Positions 1-12,302 of a stretch of 64,000 nt of DNA are shown here, in pieces. Positions within the stretch are counted from its first letter, which is position 1. Every line of letters begins with the position of its first letter. The notes beneath the pieces were generated by a model. It did not search any database. It saw only the letters and a program-made list of their open reading frames with translations, and was not told the DNA's origin. This DNA is from Chrysomallon squamiferum (lineage: Eukaryota; Animalia; Mollusca). A program made the translations under genes and the position numbers. The stretch spans positions 496,001 to 560,000 of the forward strand of contig CM022679.1 of NCBI GenBank assembly GCA_012295275.1, in the 5' to 3' direction.

Positions 1-919
1 CATGCATGATTGAAAATATAACACACACACATATATATATTCTTAAATGTCATGTCTTTCAATTCTACTCAAAAAATCCTATGAACTTTTGTTTCAACCA
101 AATATTTTCATTACTTTAGAATTCCACAACTTACATGGACCTGAAGAAAAATTTATGTACATTTTAAAACAGAAGAGTTTTTCTTTTTAAATTTAGTTTA
201 TTACAGAAGACTGTTGAACAATATTATTCTGAAAAAGAATTTTCTGTGTAAACTGCATAGTCATATTACCAGCTACTGTTTTTACTATGTACATTTTGTA
301 GTTGAAATGACTAATGTGTTGTATTTTAAAAATAATGCACATAAAAATCATGGGTATTTGACACATTTGATAAAAATTATTTTATATTTATCTAAATGAT
401 AAGAAAAAAGATAAACTAAATATAAAAAATAGATTTCAGTTATCTTATTTATTTTTGGAGAGATGCAACTTTAAATCATTATATAACTGACCAAAGCATT
501 CATAAAAAAATTAGCATCAAAACTGAGCAACATTTTAATAACTAACTAAAGGTCCATAAGTTTTCTTAACCAGAAAGACTCACAGAAGTAAAAGAAACTA
601 TTTATTTTAAATACATAATTCTTACAACAGAACGAAAACTGGTTGCAATTGTTATTCAGCAACATTTTACTTGTAAAACAATGATTTGCCATAAAAAAAA
701 TGAAAAACAGTGTGCAAAATCTTGCAATAAGACTTTTTAAGGTGGAGTCAAATTTACTAAGTAATGTATTTTTAAATAATTTACAATGTACATTACACAA
801 TGAAGTTACTAAGTAATGTATTTTTAAACAATTTACTACATACATTGCATAGTGAAATTTACTAAGTAATGTTTTTATAAATAATTTACTACATATATTA
901 TATAGCTGAAGTTACTCAC

Positions 920-991
920 ATTTTTATTTATTTTTTGCCAGGTAGAAATTTTGTCCTTATCCATTACTGAGTTTACAATATCAGCAAACAA
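920..991 (-). CDS. aGPCR exon, GAIN subdomain A
   Basis: ctgaaag|TTG TTT GCT GAT ... AAA AAT|gtgagt; LFADIVNSVMDKDKISTWQKINKN resembles the GAIN 'V.nlLd....W' helix. Confidence 0.8.
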
Positions 992-1041
992 CTTTCAGAA
1001 AAAAACAAACATTGTTTAGAAAAAGTAAACATTAAACATTG

Positions 1042-1078
<37 letters not shown>

Positions 1079-4000
1079 CTATAACACCAATGTTACATGT
1101 TGTGCAAGATAATATGCGGCATATTTCACATTTAATCAGACTAGACAATAAATATTATGTTTATACACATAAATTCAATCAGTAAGTGCTAGAGTCACAT
1201 ATATAAATATTGATGAGGATTATCATTTTCAAGATATTCTAAACTGAGACATTAATCTGGTTCATCACATATGTCTCAAAGCAGTCATATTTGTTAACAA
1301 AATAATGCCATTCTCAGGTAAAAAAGAAAAAAAAAAGTTTTTAGTTATTATTAGCCAAAGTTGTTTTTTAAATAACTTATATCATTTAAGAACAAAAACA
1401 AAGTCACGTGATGTTAATATGAAATAAACTTGTCACTGGAAGATACAAAATGTCCATTACTTACATTCACCAGATTAACACAAGCTGATGACCAGTTAAA
1501 TGAAAGCTCACATTTACTAAGAGAATTTTAAGTAGGAATTCCTTTTAGCTATTTCTTAACAATTTACAATTTACTAGTTAAGTAATTAACTGAAGAATGA
1601 GATATTTTGTATGTTGAACCAAAAACTGGTTTAAATCTATTTATGTATTTCTGTGGATTCATGTAGTTAACTGTGTTCATATGTTTGTGGTAAATGTTCA
1701 CCTGGACATCAATGTTATTCAGTGTGATAACACCTGCTATGTCACTGATGTTTACTAAGAGAGTAGACATTGCAATGAGATCACCCTCGGAAGGAATTAT
1801 CACTGATTTTGTTATTTCAGATAATGCTTCAAGAATTGGTGTTAGGCTTTTATACGCCGTATTATTTTCAAGAAACACAACCTTAAAAATAGCAAATGAA
1901 TAGCTTTCAGTTTCATTTATATTGATTTATGGTTTTAACATAGATATAAAAAAAACACATACATATTAACAAATATCAGAAACACGCTCATTAACAAATA
2001 TCAAAAACATACAAATTAATGAATATTAAAAACAAATACTTATTAACAAATATATATATAAAATATACGTTAAATATAAAAAATACATATTAACAAATAT
2101 CAAAATAATAAATATTAAAAAATTTAATTATCAAAATCCTACACAATCTACTCTTTGCTAGCTTTAAAGAAACTATATTTTAATATAATAAACAAATACA
2201 ACAATCTTCATAACTCCAAAAAATAAAAAAATAAATAAATGAAATAAAATCTAAATTCAAATAAGCTTAAATTAGAAAGAAGACTCATCATTATTCAAAC
2301 AATAATAAACTTGACAAACCTCATCAGTCAGCTTGGTAAGTGCTTTATTTTTACACTCTTTGTAGTTAGGAAATAGCCATCTTCCCAGTGTTTCTGAATC
2401 TTTAACACATTTTCTGGTAACTTCACCTAAATTTGTGTGAAATAATTATTTCAGAAGCAAACATTTTAACTTTAGGTTGCCAAACACTGGAATACATTTC
2501 TTTCTTAAAGCAACAGTGTATCACTTAAATAATAACTTTTCTCATGAATTCAAATGTAACTTGAGAAATGCGTTCGTAGCTTTGATAATTTACTGAGATA
2601 AATACAAACACTAGTCAAAGTGTGATCATGAACTGACATTTTCACAAAGACTTAGTTTTCTTGTCACTTCTTGCTGTACCTGCTGGTTTAACGCAGGTCA
2701 TGACATTATTCTGTATCTCCTACAGCAAGGTAAATAATTGTTTGTTCTTTCTATATGATGAATTTTTGAGATTATACACAAGATAAATATCAGAACTTGT
2801 AATGTCTAACATCAAATACAAAGTAACAATCAGGACTTGTAATGTCTGACATCAAATACAAAGTAACAGTCAGCACTTGTAATGTCTGACATCAAATACA
2901 AGGTAACAGCCAGACTTGTTGTAATGTCTAACATCAAATACAAAGTAACAGTCAGTACTTGTAATGTCTGACATCAAATACAAAGTAACAGTCAGACTTG
3001 CTGTAATGTCTGACATCAAATACAAAGTAACAGTCAGTACTTGTAATGTCTGACATCAAATACAAAGTAACAGTCAGACTTGCTGTAATGTCTGACATCA
3101 AATACAAAGTAACAGTCAGATTTGCTGTAATGTCTGACATCAAATACAAAGTAACAATCAGGACTTGTAATGTCTGACATCAAATGCAAAGTAACAGTCA
3201 GGACTTGTAATGTCTGACATCAAATACAAAGTAACAGTCAGTACTTGTAACGTCTGACATCAAATGCAAAGTAACAGTCAGACTTGCTGTAATGTCTGAC
3301 ATCAAATACAAAGTAACAGTCAGTACTTGTAATGTCTGACATCAAATACAAAGTAACAGTCAGACTTGCTGTAATGTCTGACATCAAATACAAAGTAACA
3401 GTCAGATTTGCTGTAATGTCTGACATCAAATACAAAGTAACAATCAGGACTTGTAATGTCTGACATCAAATGCAAAGTAACAGTCAGGACTTGTAATGTC
3501 TGACATCAAATACAAAGTAACAGTCAGTACTTGTAACGTCTGACATCAAATGCAAAGTAACAGTCAGACTTGCTGTAATGTCTGACATCAAATGCAAAGT
3601 AACAGTCAGGACTTGAAGGTCAGCTAATATCATTAAAAACAACATTTCTGTTTTGTAAATTAACTGTTTTTATATAAACTAATTCATAAAAAGCTTAGTC
3701 ATTACCTACATATCCTACTGGACAAGAAACAATAGCTGTTTCATTAATTGGAACTGGATTCCATTGTGTTCCTCCATAGTCAGTATCTTTCAAACAGTGA
3801 GCTACAACTGTTAAAACAAAATTAGAAAACAATTACGTGTTCAAAATTCAGATTCTTTGAATAAAATTAATGTTGCACTCTCCAGGTAAAAATATTTCAA
3901 ATTTTGTACGTGAATGAAATGTTTGCTATAAAAATCCAACAACAGAATTTAATAGATCAAATTTGTAAATATGGTCTGATATGTGGTACATAGAAAATGA

Positions 4001-7000
4001 TAAACAACACTAACAGGAATTAAGAAAATAAATGGGGACAACAAAAAGTAAAAAATGTTACTAATTTAGTACATATTATAATTTTGTATTTCTACCACTG
4101 GCAGTAAAGACAGTTTGATTCTTCTTATATTCAGTAAGAGGTGCTGACTGCTGAGGTATGATAGATTAGAAGTTTATGTTTTTGTAAACCTGTCTCACAG
4201 GTCTCTGATCCTCACAGTAACACTGTAAAAGCCGTTCCATCTGCACAGAGATACAAAACATGACCACCAGTTCCATACATGAATAATACTTGATATAACT
4301 TATTTAATTTCAAAACATTATTCAAAACGTCCGACTGGCTCCAGTTCAAGGACAGAGTATCCTTGAATTCTGACCTTTCACTGGGGTGGGGTGCAGCACA
4401 TGAGACACAAAATAATTAAATTTTATGTCAAATAATCAGACCATGATGCAGCAATGCTTGTAAGATGTTCACAAATAACTGTTGGCACACAGGCATGCTT
4501 CAGTTTTCAGTATTGGGAAATACTCTTGTAATTTGTCAACAAACTATCTTCTAATTTAACATATGAATACAACTACCTAAATATTTTAACTTGCTTTTTA
4601 GAATTATTATTTATATATTAATAAAAAAATAAAAATTAAAAAAATATAATAAATAAATAAATAATAGAAAAAAATAAAAATAAATAAAATAAAATAATAA
4701 TAATAATATTAATAATAATAATAATGAAAAGAAGAGAAAAGAAGAAGAAGAAGAAGAACAACAACAACAACAACAATAAAGAAAAAAGGCAAGCAAAACA
4801 AAAGAAGAAGAAGAACACGTAAGAAGGTTATTGGCAGGATGTTGTAAAATGAATACAAGTTGTTTATTGTTTCAGTGGTTAGAAACAGGCTGGAAGCAAC
4901 AGAGGAGTTGAATACTTTTAGCACAACTTTTACACTCACAATTTAACAAGTAGATTTTTCACATTCAAAGGGCTGTAATGTCTGTTCATTGCATTACATC
5001 TAATGAAGAACAAACAGAGGCAGCCATATTTTATGTATTAATTAACAGCTGAAGTTTTATTTGAATTTAAAATGGTTACCTTGATCAGATACAATCAGCT
5101 GGGCAGAGGCCACACAAGCAGGTGTCACATTAAAAATACCACAAGAGTATTTATGACTGCTAGTGACTGAACGCAGAAGAAGTTCTTCATGGGTAGAGTA
5201 CGATTTCACAATTTCTCTTCCATCTTAAAAACAAAAATATTATTACTAGACATTGAAGATATAACAAAATAAATATGTATACTGTTCAGTCAGCCTGATT
5301 ATCTGTGGACCAACAGCAATTCAAAAATGTTAAAACACAAATTAACATCCAGCATTCTTGTGGTGGCTTGTAGCATGCTTTAATACCAAAGTGAGATGAT
5401 TTTTGTGGGTTTTACTGGTGTTTAGTAGGATGCTGGTGGGCGTTTCACATTATGAACAACTGTAAGATAAAATAACATCATTTTTATTTAGATATAACAG
5501 GCTGACTGTAAACTGTTACAAGATATGAAAGCATGAAATTTGCTAGTACACATTAAATTACATTTATCACTGAATCTGTGACAAGGTGTCTTTACTTGTG
5601 CTGTGTAGGTAATATTCTATCAAAAAAGAAATAAAGCAGTGCTGAAAATTAAGTATAAAATTTTTGAAGGATACCTGTAAATCTTTCTTCATTTTTAGCA
5701 TCTGCAGATCGACTGAGTATATGTCCATCTCTGCACCACGTGAAATTGAGTTTCATGTAACCTCTCATTCCATTTATAACACATTTCAAAGAAGCCTGTC
5801 CAAACTTTGTTACTACATACTTTGGAGGAATAAGATCTAGTTTTGGTTTTATAACATATAACATGGAGAAGCCACCACTGTCAGATTGATTTGCTACAAA
5901 ACATGATATTTCTCCTGAAAACAAATTAGAGAACTGTACATATATACAATTATTAATAATGAAATGTTAGCATCAGTAATTACACCAATAATCCCTTTGA
6001 TTAATAACAGAATTAAATAATACACATCTCTAACTACTTGTATAATATCGAATTACTTAACAACATTTTTCTGTAACATACATCAAAACATTTCTTTTAT
6101 CAACATCCCCAGTACACTGGGTATTGATGAAGGACTGTGTGACAAAGGCTGGTAGCACATGCAACTAACACCATTTTTCTGTTTAAAGCTGTAACATTAG
6201 ATACGTTCACAGATGGGGTCTACGTATAAAAATAATAATCTTAAAATAAAAGATAATTATTTTGAGCTTCCATCAAAATCTAATGACAGTTGTGGTAAGA
6301 AGTAATGATGTCTGAAAAAAATAATTCTCAGCAATTGACATCGGAGTTCCATTCTTCAAACAAAAAACAATTAATTCTGACATGACTGATTTAACATATT
6401 ATTCCACAAGTTTAATTTACTTTTATATCTAATGAAAAGCAAAGTTAATACAAAAACTGTATCTAAGTCTCAAGTATTTGCTTCTAAGTTAAAAGTGTTT
6501 CTGAATATTCAACAAAGCCAAAAGTAACCATTAAAGCTCACTGTCATATAACACAAAATCATTATTCCTGAAATATCTATAAGGAACATTTGAAATTGGA
6601 CTCAAATTAAATACCCCAACACTTCACAAAAGCAACTATAAACTATAAAGGTATAACAAAGGTACGACTACTTATTCAGCAGCATATGCATGATACTGCT
6701 GCAATGATAAAAAAATATAGACTCAAACTAAATACTGAACACATCTTACACAATTCACATTTGCCTGATTGCATGCTAGAATCATCACCGATATACTAAA
6801 TGTTTGTGTTGTGCCTCAGGAAAGTTCTGTTAATGAAACATTAATACTTCAGGAAAGACCGACCTGCTTTTCAGTACCTCAAGAAGGATGCTAGTTGTTT
6901 TTTTGTCTCGAAAAAATTATTTAAATTACCTCATGTTTCTTTTAAATTGCTTAGCCTACAGTGTGCTCTTCAAATGGCAGTAAAAATGTAGATTAATTTG

Positions 7001-8633
7001 TTTCAGTTCTATTTTTTAAAATACTTTATGAATGTATTTATTATGAATATAAAACATACAGTGGATTTAAAATTAAATGCAACTGAAATTAGATTAATCA
7101 AAACTTCTAAGTATATGTTAAATGTTTTATACACTTTTTATATTTCAATGCATCCTTAATTTATATAAAAAATAAATCACAACATTTTTTTAAATGTCTT
7201 TCATTTTGGAGATGTGGAAATGGCACCTTGGAACAAAAGTACAAACTCTCTTAACTACTATGAGCTTGAATAAACTTGATAAATGATTTTGGTTACTTTA
7301 ATGTAGTCCTAGATTTGACTCAGTCTCTGTGATGGCTGCCATTTTGCATCTCATTCAAGCTGACAGAATCATGTTTCAGTTTGCCCTTTTCTGTGAATGT
7401 TAACAAAAGTAGGTGAGTTTATCTGCAGGTAAGGTGAATGTTAGTCACCTATCATATGCTGCCTGTGCACTGAGTAAAAACAGTGAATGTATCTGCTCCA
7501 GACAAACTCTGACTTGCTAAATTCAGATTTTTAATCAGAGAATCTTGGTCTTTGAGAAAAAAAAATACAAGCTATTTTCACCAGAGTTAGATTGATATAT
7601 TTTGCCATTCACAAAGTCTGGAGAGTAGATGACTTCATTTATCCTTGTTTCTTCTTGTCTGTCTTTTTTTTTCTTTTAATTTTTTAAAAATAGGTTTCCT
7701 TTGACTTGCAACAGTTTTAAAACTATACTGTCCAATTATCAAATTTAAAAAAAAAAAAGGTTAGTTTTAAATTAGTCTTTAGTTATATTTACCTTCATCT
7801 TTGGCTTGTGTAGCTTTGATTTGTAATGTACTATGCCATTCAAAGGACATACTTGAAAATTTCATTAGAAATCTGGACTGACTGAGAGATGCCACACTTT
7901 GATTTTTAATGTACCAAGTTAATTCCTCACCATTTATTTTATTTGGCATAATTGCAGTCATTGAACAGTTAAACTGTGCTGGTTGACCTTCCCAAACTGT
8001 GACAATTTCTGGTGTAACCGAAAGATTTAGAATTTCATGGTCTTGAGTGAAAAAAAAAAGATAAAAAAAGAGAATGAAAATTTTTTTTTAATAGTAGTAT
8101 ACAAAAAAAGAAAAAAAGACAGTTAGATGTTATTTTTGTTAATTTCTTGTTACATTCATGATATAGTGCTAGTTAATATGTCAAAATTTTGTTTGACTTT
8201 AATACTAGAAAATAAATCTTGTATGGCTATAAGACTAAAAAATGGAATAATTATAGTTCTAGTCTAGTATTAATGGTTGATACTTTATGCACCTTTAACT
8301 TATTATTTAACAATCAATTAGTATTTTTATTAAATAGCTACAATTCTGAAAATTAAAATGTGATTTACTTGGTAAACTGTAGGTATGATGCTTTGATAGC
8401 ACTCTCCTGAAATAAATTTTATTTGAAAACAACTTTTTACTTACAATCTTTATACAATGGTCGTATTGTGTCTTCTAAGTTAGTAATTATTGTGTCCTCC
8501 CAACCGTCTGATTTACCAGAATCTATGTGAAATATTTCTACTCCAACATTTTTAAAAGAATTTGACAGTAAAATATATGAAATGACAAAAACTCTGCTTG
8601 TCAGATATCTGATTAACTTGTCAACTTCAAACA
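920..8633 (-). CDS. Adhesion GPCR-like receptor, partial (Ig-Ig-HRM-GAIN N-terminal half). Coding exons 8633-8445, 8041-7793, 5914-5675, 5223-5080, 3807-3706, 2426-2320, 1881-1702, 991-920; the gene continues beyond the left edge
   Basis: All exons have AG/GT ends and the junction phases match (1,1,1,1,1,0,0). The spliced protein has Ig motifs (VTVWEGQPAQFNC...LTWY...STLQIKATQAKDEG|EISCFV; ASLKC...FTWCRDG...KYSCG), an HRM motif (HCLKDTDYGGTQWNPVPINETAIVSCPVGYVG|EVTRKC...GRWLFPNYKEC) and GAIN-A-like helices (EGDLIAMSTLL...LFADIVNSVMDKDKISTWQ). GPS and 7TM are not in the window, so the family call rests on domain order. Confidence 0.85.
1702..1881 (-). CDS. aGPCR exon, GAIN subdomain A start
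   Basis: tttttaag|GTT GTG TTT CTT ... GTC CAG|gtgaac; within ORF 1564..1878; GDL motif. Confidence 0.85.
2320..2426 (-). CDS. aGPCR exon, HRM domain part 2
   Basis: atttag|GT GAA GTT ACC AGA AAA TGT ... GAT GAG|gtttgt; RxC...GxW...PNYxxC signature. Confidence 0.9.
2791..3615. repeat. Intronic minisatellite, 33-36 bp unit (gtaatgtctgacatcaaatacaaagtaacagtcag..actt) with a 286-bp higher-order duplication
   Basis: Tandem copies read directly; near-identical ORFs 2952..3149 and 3238..3435 are offset by 286 nt. Confidence 0.95.
3706..3807 (-). CDS. aGPCR exon, HRM domain part 1
   Basis: taacag|TT GTA GCT CAC TGT ... TAT GTA G|gtaatg; C...W...SCPxGYxG signature. Confidence 0.9.
5080..5223 (-). 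CDS. aGPCR exon, end of Ig2
   Basis: tttttaag|AT GGA AGA GAA ... GAT CAA G|gtaacc; DGREIVKSYSTHEELLLRSVTSSHKYSCGIFNVTPACVASAQLIVSDQ. Confidence 0.85.
5675..5914 (-). CDS. aGPCR exon, end of Ig1 and start of Ig2
   Basis: ttttcag|GA GAA ATA TCA TGT ... TTT ACA G|gtatcc; overlaps ORF 5649..5924. Confidence 0.88.
7793..8041 (-). CDS. aGPCR exon, Ig domain 1
   Basis: ctcaag|AC CAT GAA ... GAT GAA G|gtaaat; Ig Cys, Trp and DxG motifs. Confidence 0.88.
8445..8633 (-). CDS. aGPCR first identified coding exon (signal-peptide-like leader)
   Basis: ttttcag|TG TTT GAA ... AAA GAT T|gtaagt; 189 nt; encodes FEVDKLIRYLTSRVFVISYILLSNSF... Confidence 0.7.
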
Positions 8634-9549
8634 CTGAAAAACAGAAGATAAAAGAAGTCTGAAGTTATCTGTACCACAAATGCTTTAATCTCACTCTACA
8701 ACAAAAATAAGAAAAAATAAAAATAAACACAACAACATTAGTGCCATTAAAACATTTGCCAGTTTTCCTTTATAAATTATATTCTTAGGAAGAAATAAAA
8801 ACAAACGTTTTTATTACCTACTAATTTTTATTATTATTTTCTTTAAAGTTAGTATGATGCGTTTAAACTAAAATAAACCTAGCTGTAAAATGCTAACTGG
8901 ATGACAAAGTTTTCATGAAAATATAAATATAAAATTTACGAAAATTAAACTACCCCATTTAAAATGTGCTAGTTCACAGAACAACAAATACTGTATTAAC
9001 TTTTAACATATCTGTATTATTTTTAATATTGCTGACTAAAATTTATTGTTTTTTTTTGAAAAAAAGAGAAAAAGTTTTAGGTATTCTAATTTTATAAATA
9101 ATATGGAAAAATATTAAAGACCAATTCGGTCATACTTTCTACTGTAAGTTACAAACCTAACAATGTTTTTCTTTAACTGTCATTGATGACCATAAATGAC
9201 CACGAAAAACTATTTAAAAAACTGTAATCTGTGCAATCCTATTAAAGAATGGATGACTATTCACTGAAAATTAATTCAAGCTTATCATCAAATGTATTGA
9301 TGTAAACAAGATTTACATAGAATGAATTTACTTTATGAAATAAATATAATTACAAAAAGACGAAAAAAGAAGAAAAAAAATGAACCATGTTCTGACAGTA
9401 TTATTTAAAAACACATGCCGAATTATCGCTAACTTACTTTGTAATGTTTATGAACTTCGTCTGCTGCTTCAACGAAAACAAAAATATGTACGTTTTTTTA
9501 TTTTTGTACTTATTATTGTTGTTGTTGTTGTTGTTGTTGTTATTATTAT

Positions 9550-9620
9550 ATATTTTTACATGACGTCATAGTGATCTAGAGCGGAAACGTAGAAGAAATA
9601 AAAATAGCTTCGGAAATCAT
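9550..9620. promoter_or_regulatory. Candidate promoter for the aGPCR, possibly shared with the divergent GT92 gene
   Basis: Perfect CRE TGACGTCA at 9561-9568 and two CGGAAA (ETS-like) motifs, at the point where CpG density rises, just upstream of a minus-strand donor at 9437. Confidence 0.45.
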
Positions 9621-9919
9621 ATTTAATAAGTTGTTAATACTTAGGCCGAAAATGAAAGAAGAAAAAATTTAGTTAGTCAGTTTTCAACACGATGGATTCA
9701 GAATATTTGTCAAGTAAAAATCTTATATAGGAAAGATTTCCGATCATTTATACAAACTATTTCTTATTAAAATTAATATTTTTTTAAATTTTTATTTATT
9801 TAATTATTTTCGTTGTCGTCGTTTTAAATATAATTTAGACATTCGGCGGTTTTGATGAACCACAGTTTGAATATGTATAAATTATTGTATTTGTAAATTG
9901 TTATGATGGTATAATAGAT

Positions 9920-10003
9920 CAGGATTGTTCATTAAGCAAACTAGGCACATGTTTAGGGCATGAACAGAAAAGGGACAAAACAACAAAGGGGACAGAGCGG
10001 TAA

Positions 10004-10034
<31 letters not shown>

Positions 10035-10257
10035 TATTATTATTATTTTATTATTTATTTATTTATTTATTTCTGGTACTGGATTTACGATGAGTCAGCT
10101 GAATTGGGTTTGTACAATATATGATTGATATTTGCATATGTCACTATGCCAGAAGACAGACTTAATGCTTTGTTTCACTTTAGTACAGAAGCAGATTTGT
10201 TATGTCAGGTAAATTTCAAGGTATTGTAATTTAAAAAGTAGGAGAAAATCTTTTAAG
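9920..10257 (+). mobile_element. Decayed hAT-superfamily DNA transposon fragment
   Basis: 10137-10226 translates to YVTMPEDRLNALFHFSTEADLLCQVNFKVL*, followed out of frame by KSRRKSF. This matches the hAT C-terminal dimerisation motif (RSTM..ERLN.L..LSIE.D). 9920-9960 (taagcaaactaggcacatgtttagggc) resembles hAT subterminal sequence, from memory. Confidence 0.6.
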
Positions 10258-10530
10258 TATAAATACAAGAGCGATAGTAAGTATTATTACTGCTTTGAAA
10301 TACAACGTGGCTTATTTATATAACGACGATCCGATTTGTCTGTGTTATGTTGCCGCAAAAACAGCAAGAAGTAACAATTTTCATAGAAACAATCGTTTAT
10401 TTATTTTTATTTGGACTTTTACCTTCTAATATTTAAAAATCATTATAGTATGGAAAAGATATATTTTTTCTATTGCTGTTGTTACAATTAAATATTTTTA
10501 CTATATTGCTTTATAAATAATAATTATAAC

Positions 10531-10584
<54 letters not shown>

Positions 10585-10606
10585 CTAAAAGACACATACA
10601 AACAAA

Positions 10607-10660
<54 letters not shown>

Positions 10661-12222
10661 TTTTTTATAGATTAATTAAGTTTGGCTGTACCCGGAGAAA
10701 TAGAAACAGCGTTTGGTGTTGATTTTCCGACAGCCGGAATATTGTTGACTGTGCGTGAGAAATGTGTTCTGTTTTCTCAGCCTGTGTACAGACATCATCG
10801 GCTGTAGCTCTTCAAGAGTGAATATAGTAAGTCTTTGCTGGTGCTTCTATTATGAAATTAACGATTATTACTAAGAATTATACAAAGACTTTTTTTATTT
10901 TATTTTATTTTTTTTTCGGTTTGTTTTTATTTTTATTTATTTATTTACTTATTTTATTTTATTTATTATTTAATTATTATTATATTTTTTGTAGATTTAC
11001 GAGCAACACATCTCTGCCTTTTGTAAATGATCTTGTACGTATTAGCTTTGTATTTAGGCATAATTATGCATTTCTGAATGGACATATTTGTTCGTGGATA
11101 ACACATTAATTTACTTGCCTCTTTTTGATTTGTTTAAACATTTATTTTTGAATATCCTGCTTGGAGCTTGGATTAAATTATACTGATTATTTGCTATTGA
11201 TTATCTCCTTCTATTTGTAAGTACATATATATATCCCACCATGAAATCCGTGACACTTTATTAAACCAGATTTATTTCTTGGGGCAAATAATAATGAATA
11301 ATACATAATACGACATATTACAAGAATTAAAAATTAATAACACTTTTTGTATAATTTAAATAACAAGCTATTTATTTATTAGGCTTTTCGTTCTTGAAAA
11401 AAATAAAAAAATAAAAAATAAAATAAAATAAAATAAAATAAAAAGCATTATAAAAAAATAAAATCACAAAAAAGCCCCTACCCAAACAAACAAACAAAAT
11501 AAACAACAATAACATTATGTACCCCAGATATAAGGTATTCTTAAGTCGAAATAGAATGTGTTACTATATGCATAAGGATAGCGATAGATTAAATTTGAAA
11601 CTGACAATTTTTAAATGTTTTGTAACATATGTTATTTTGTATCAGTTGCTTAAGTCGAATATCATCAATGATCAAACTGTAAGTACTAGTTTGATTTCGT
11701 GCAGATCTTTAACTGTATAAATAGCTATAGCAAGCTCTCAGAATTATAATTTTAAATATGTTTTATGAGAAACTATAACGTTTTGCATCCAGTTATATAC
11801 ATGCGCTGAATAAACAAAATGTTTAGAAAATATATAGATTGCAATTTGAAATATAATGTACGAGATGTAGATTCTGTTTGAGTAATTCAAGAAATAGAAA
11901 ACACAGTTAACATTACTGAAGTCGTTGATGATTTCAGTGACATCCGATGTCACGTTATAAAAACGACGTCAACAAAGCAATGACGTGACTCCGATAAACA
12001 GCTAGGTAGGTGACACACACACACAATCACACATACAATTACACACACACAGACAGACAGACAGACACAGACACACATATATGATGCATGTAGGTACATA
12101 CGTATGGTGTTTCCGTACAGTAGTGTATGGATTCCTGTACACATGTTTATTTTTTACTATACATGTATTTATTTATATTTTACATATTTTATTATAAATA
12201 TTATATCAATTATTCCTCACCA

Positions 12223-12302
<80 letters not shown>

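Noticed and set aside
546-845. 99-aa minus-strand ORF as a further aGPCR exon
   Set aside because: Overlaps a degenerate ~54-bp AT-rich repeat; no GAIN-like motif or convincing splice pair found
2952-3435. Two near-identical 65-aa ORFs
   Set aside because: By-product of the minisatellite's 286-bp higher-order repeat inside an intron
5582-5608. Plus-strand QGVFTCAV, an Ig F-strand-like peptide
   Set aside because: Wrong strand for the gene, bounded by stop codons, no splice support; probably chance
8369-8406. Possible extra small aGPCR exon
   Set aside because: It would need a 38-nt intron and creates T|GA stop; the 8445-8041 junction is already in frame
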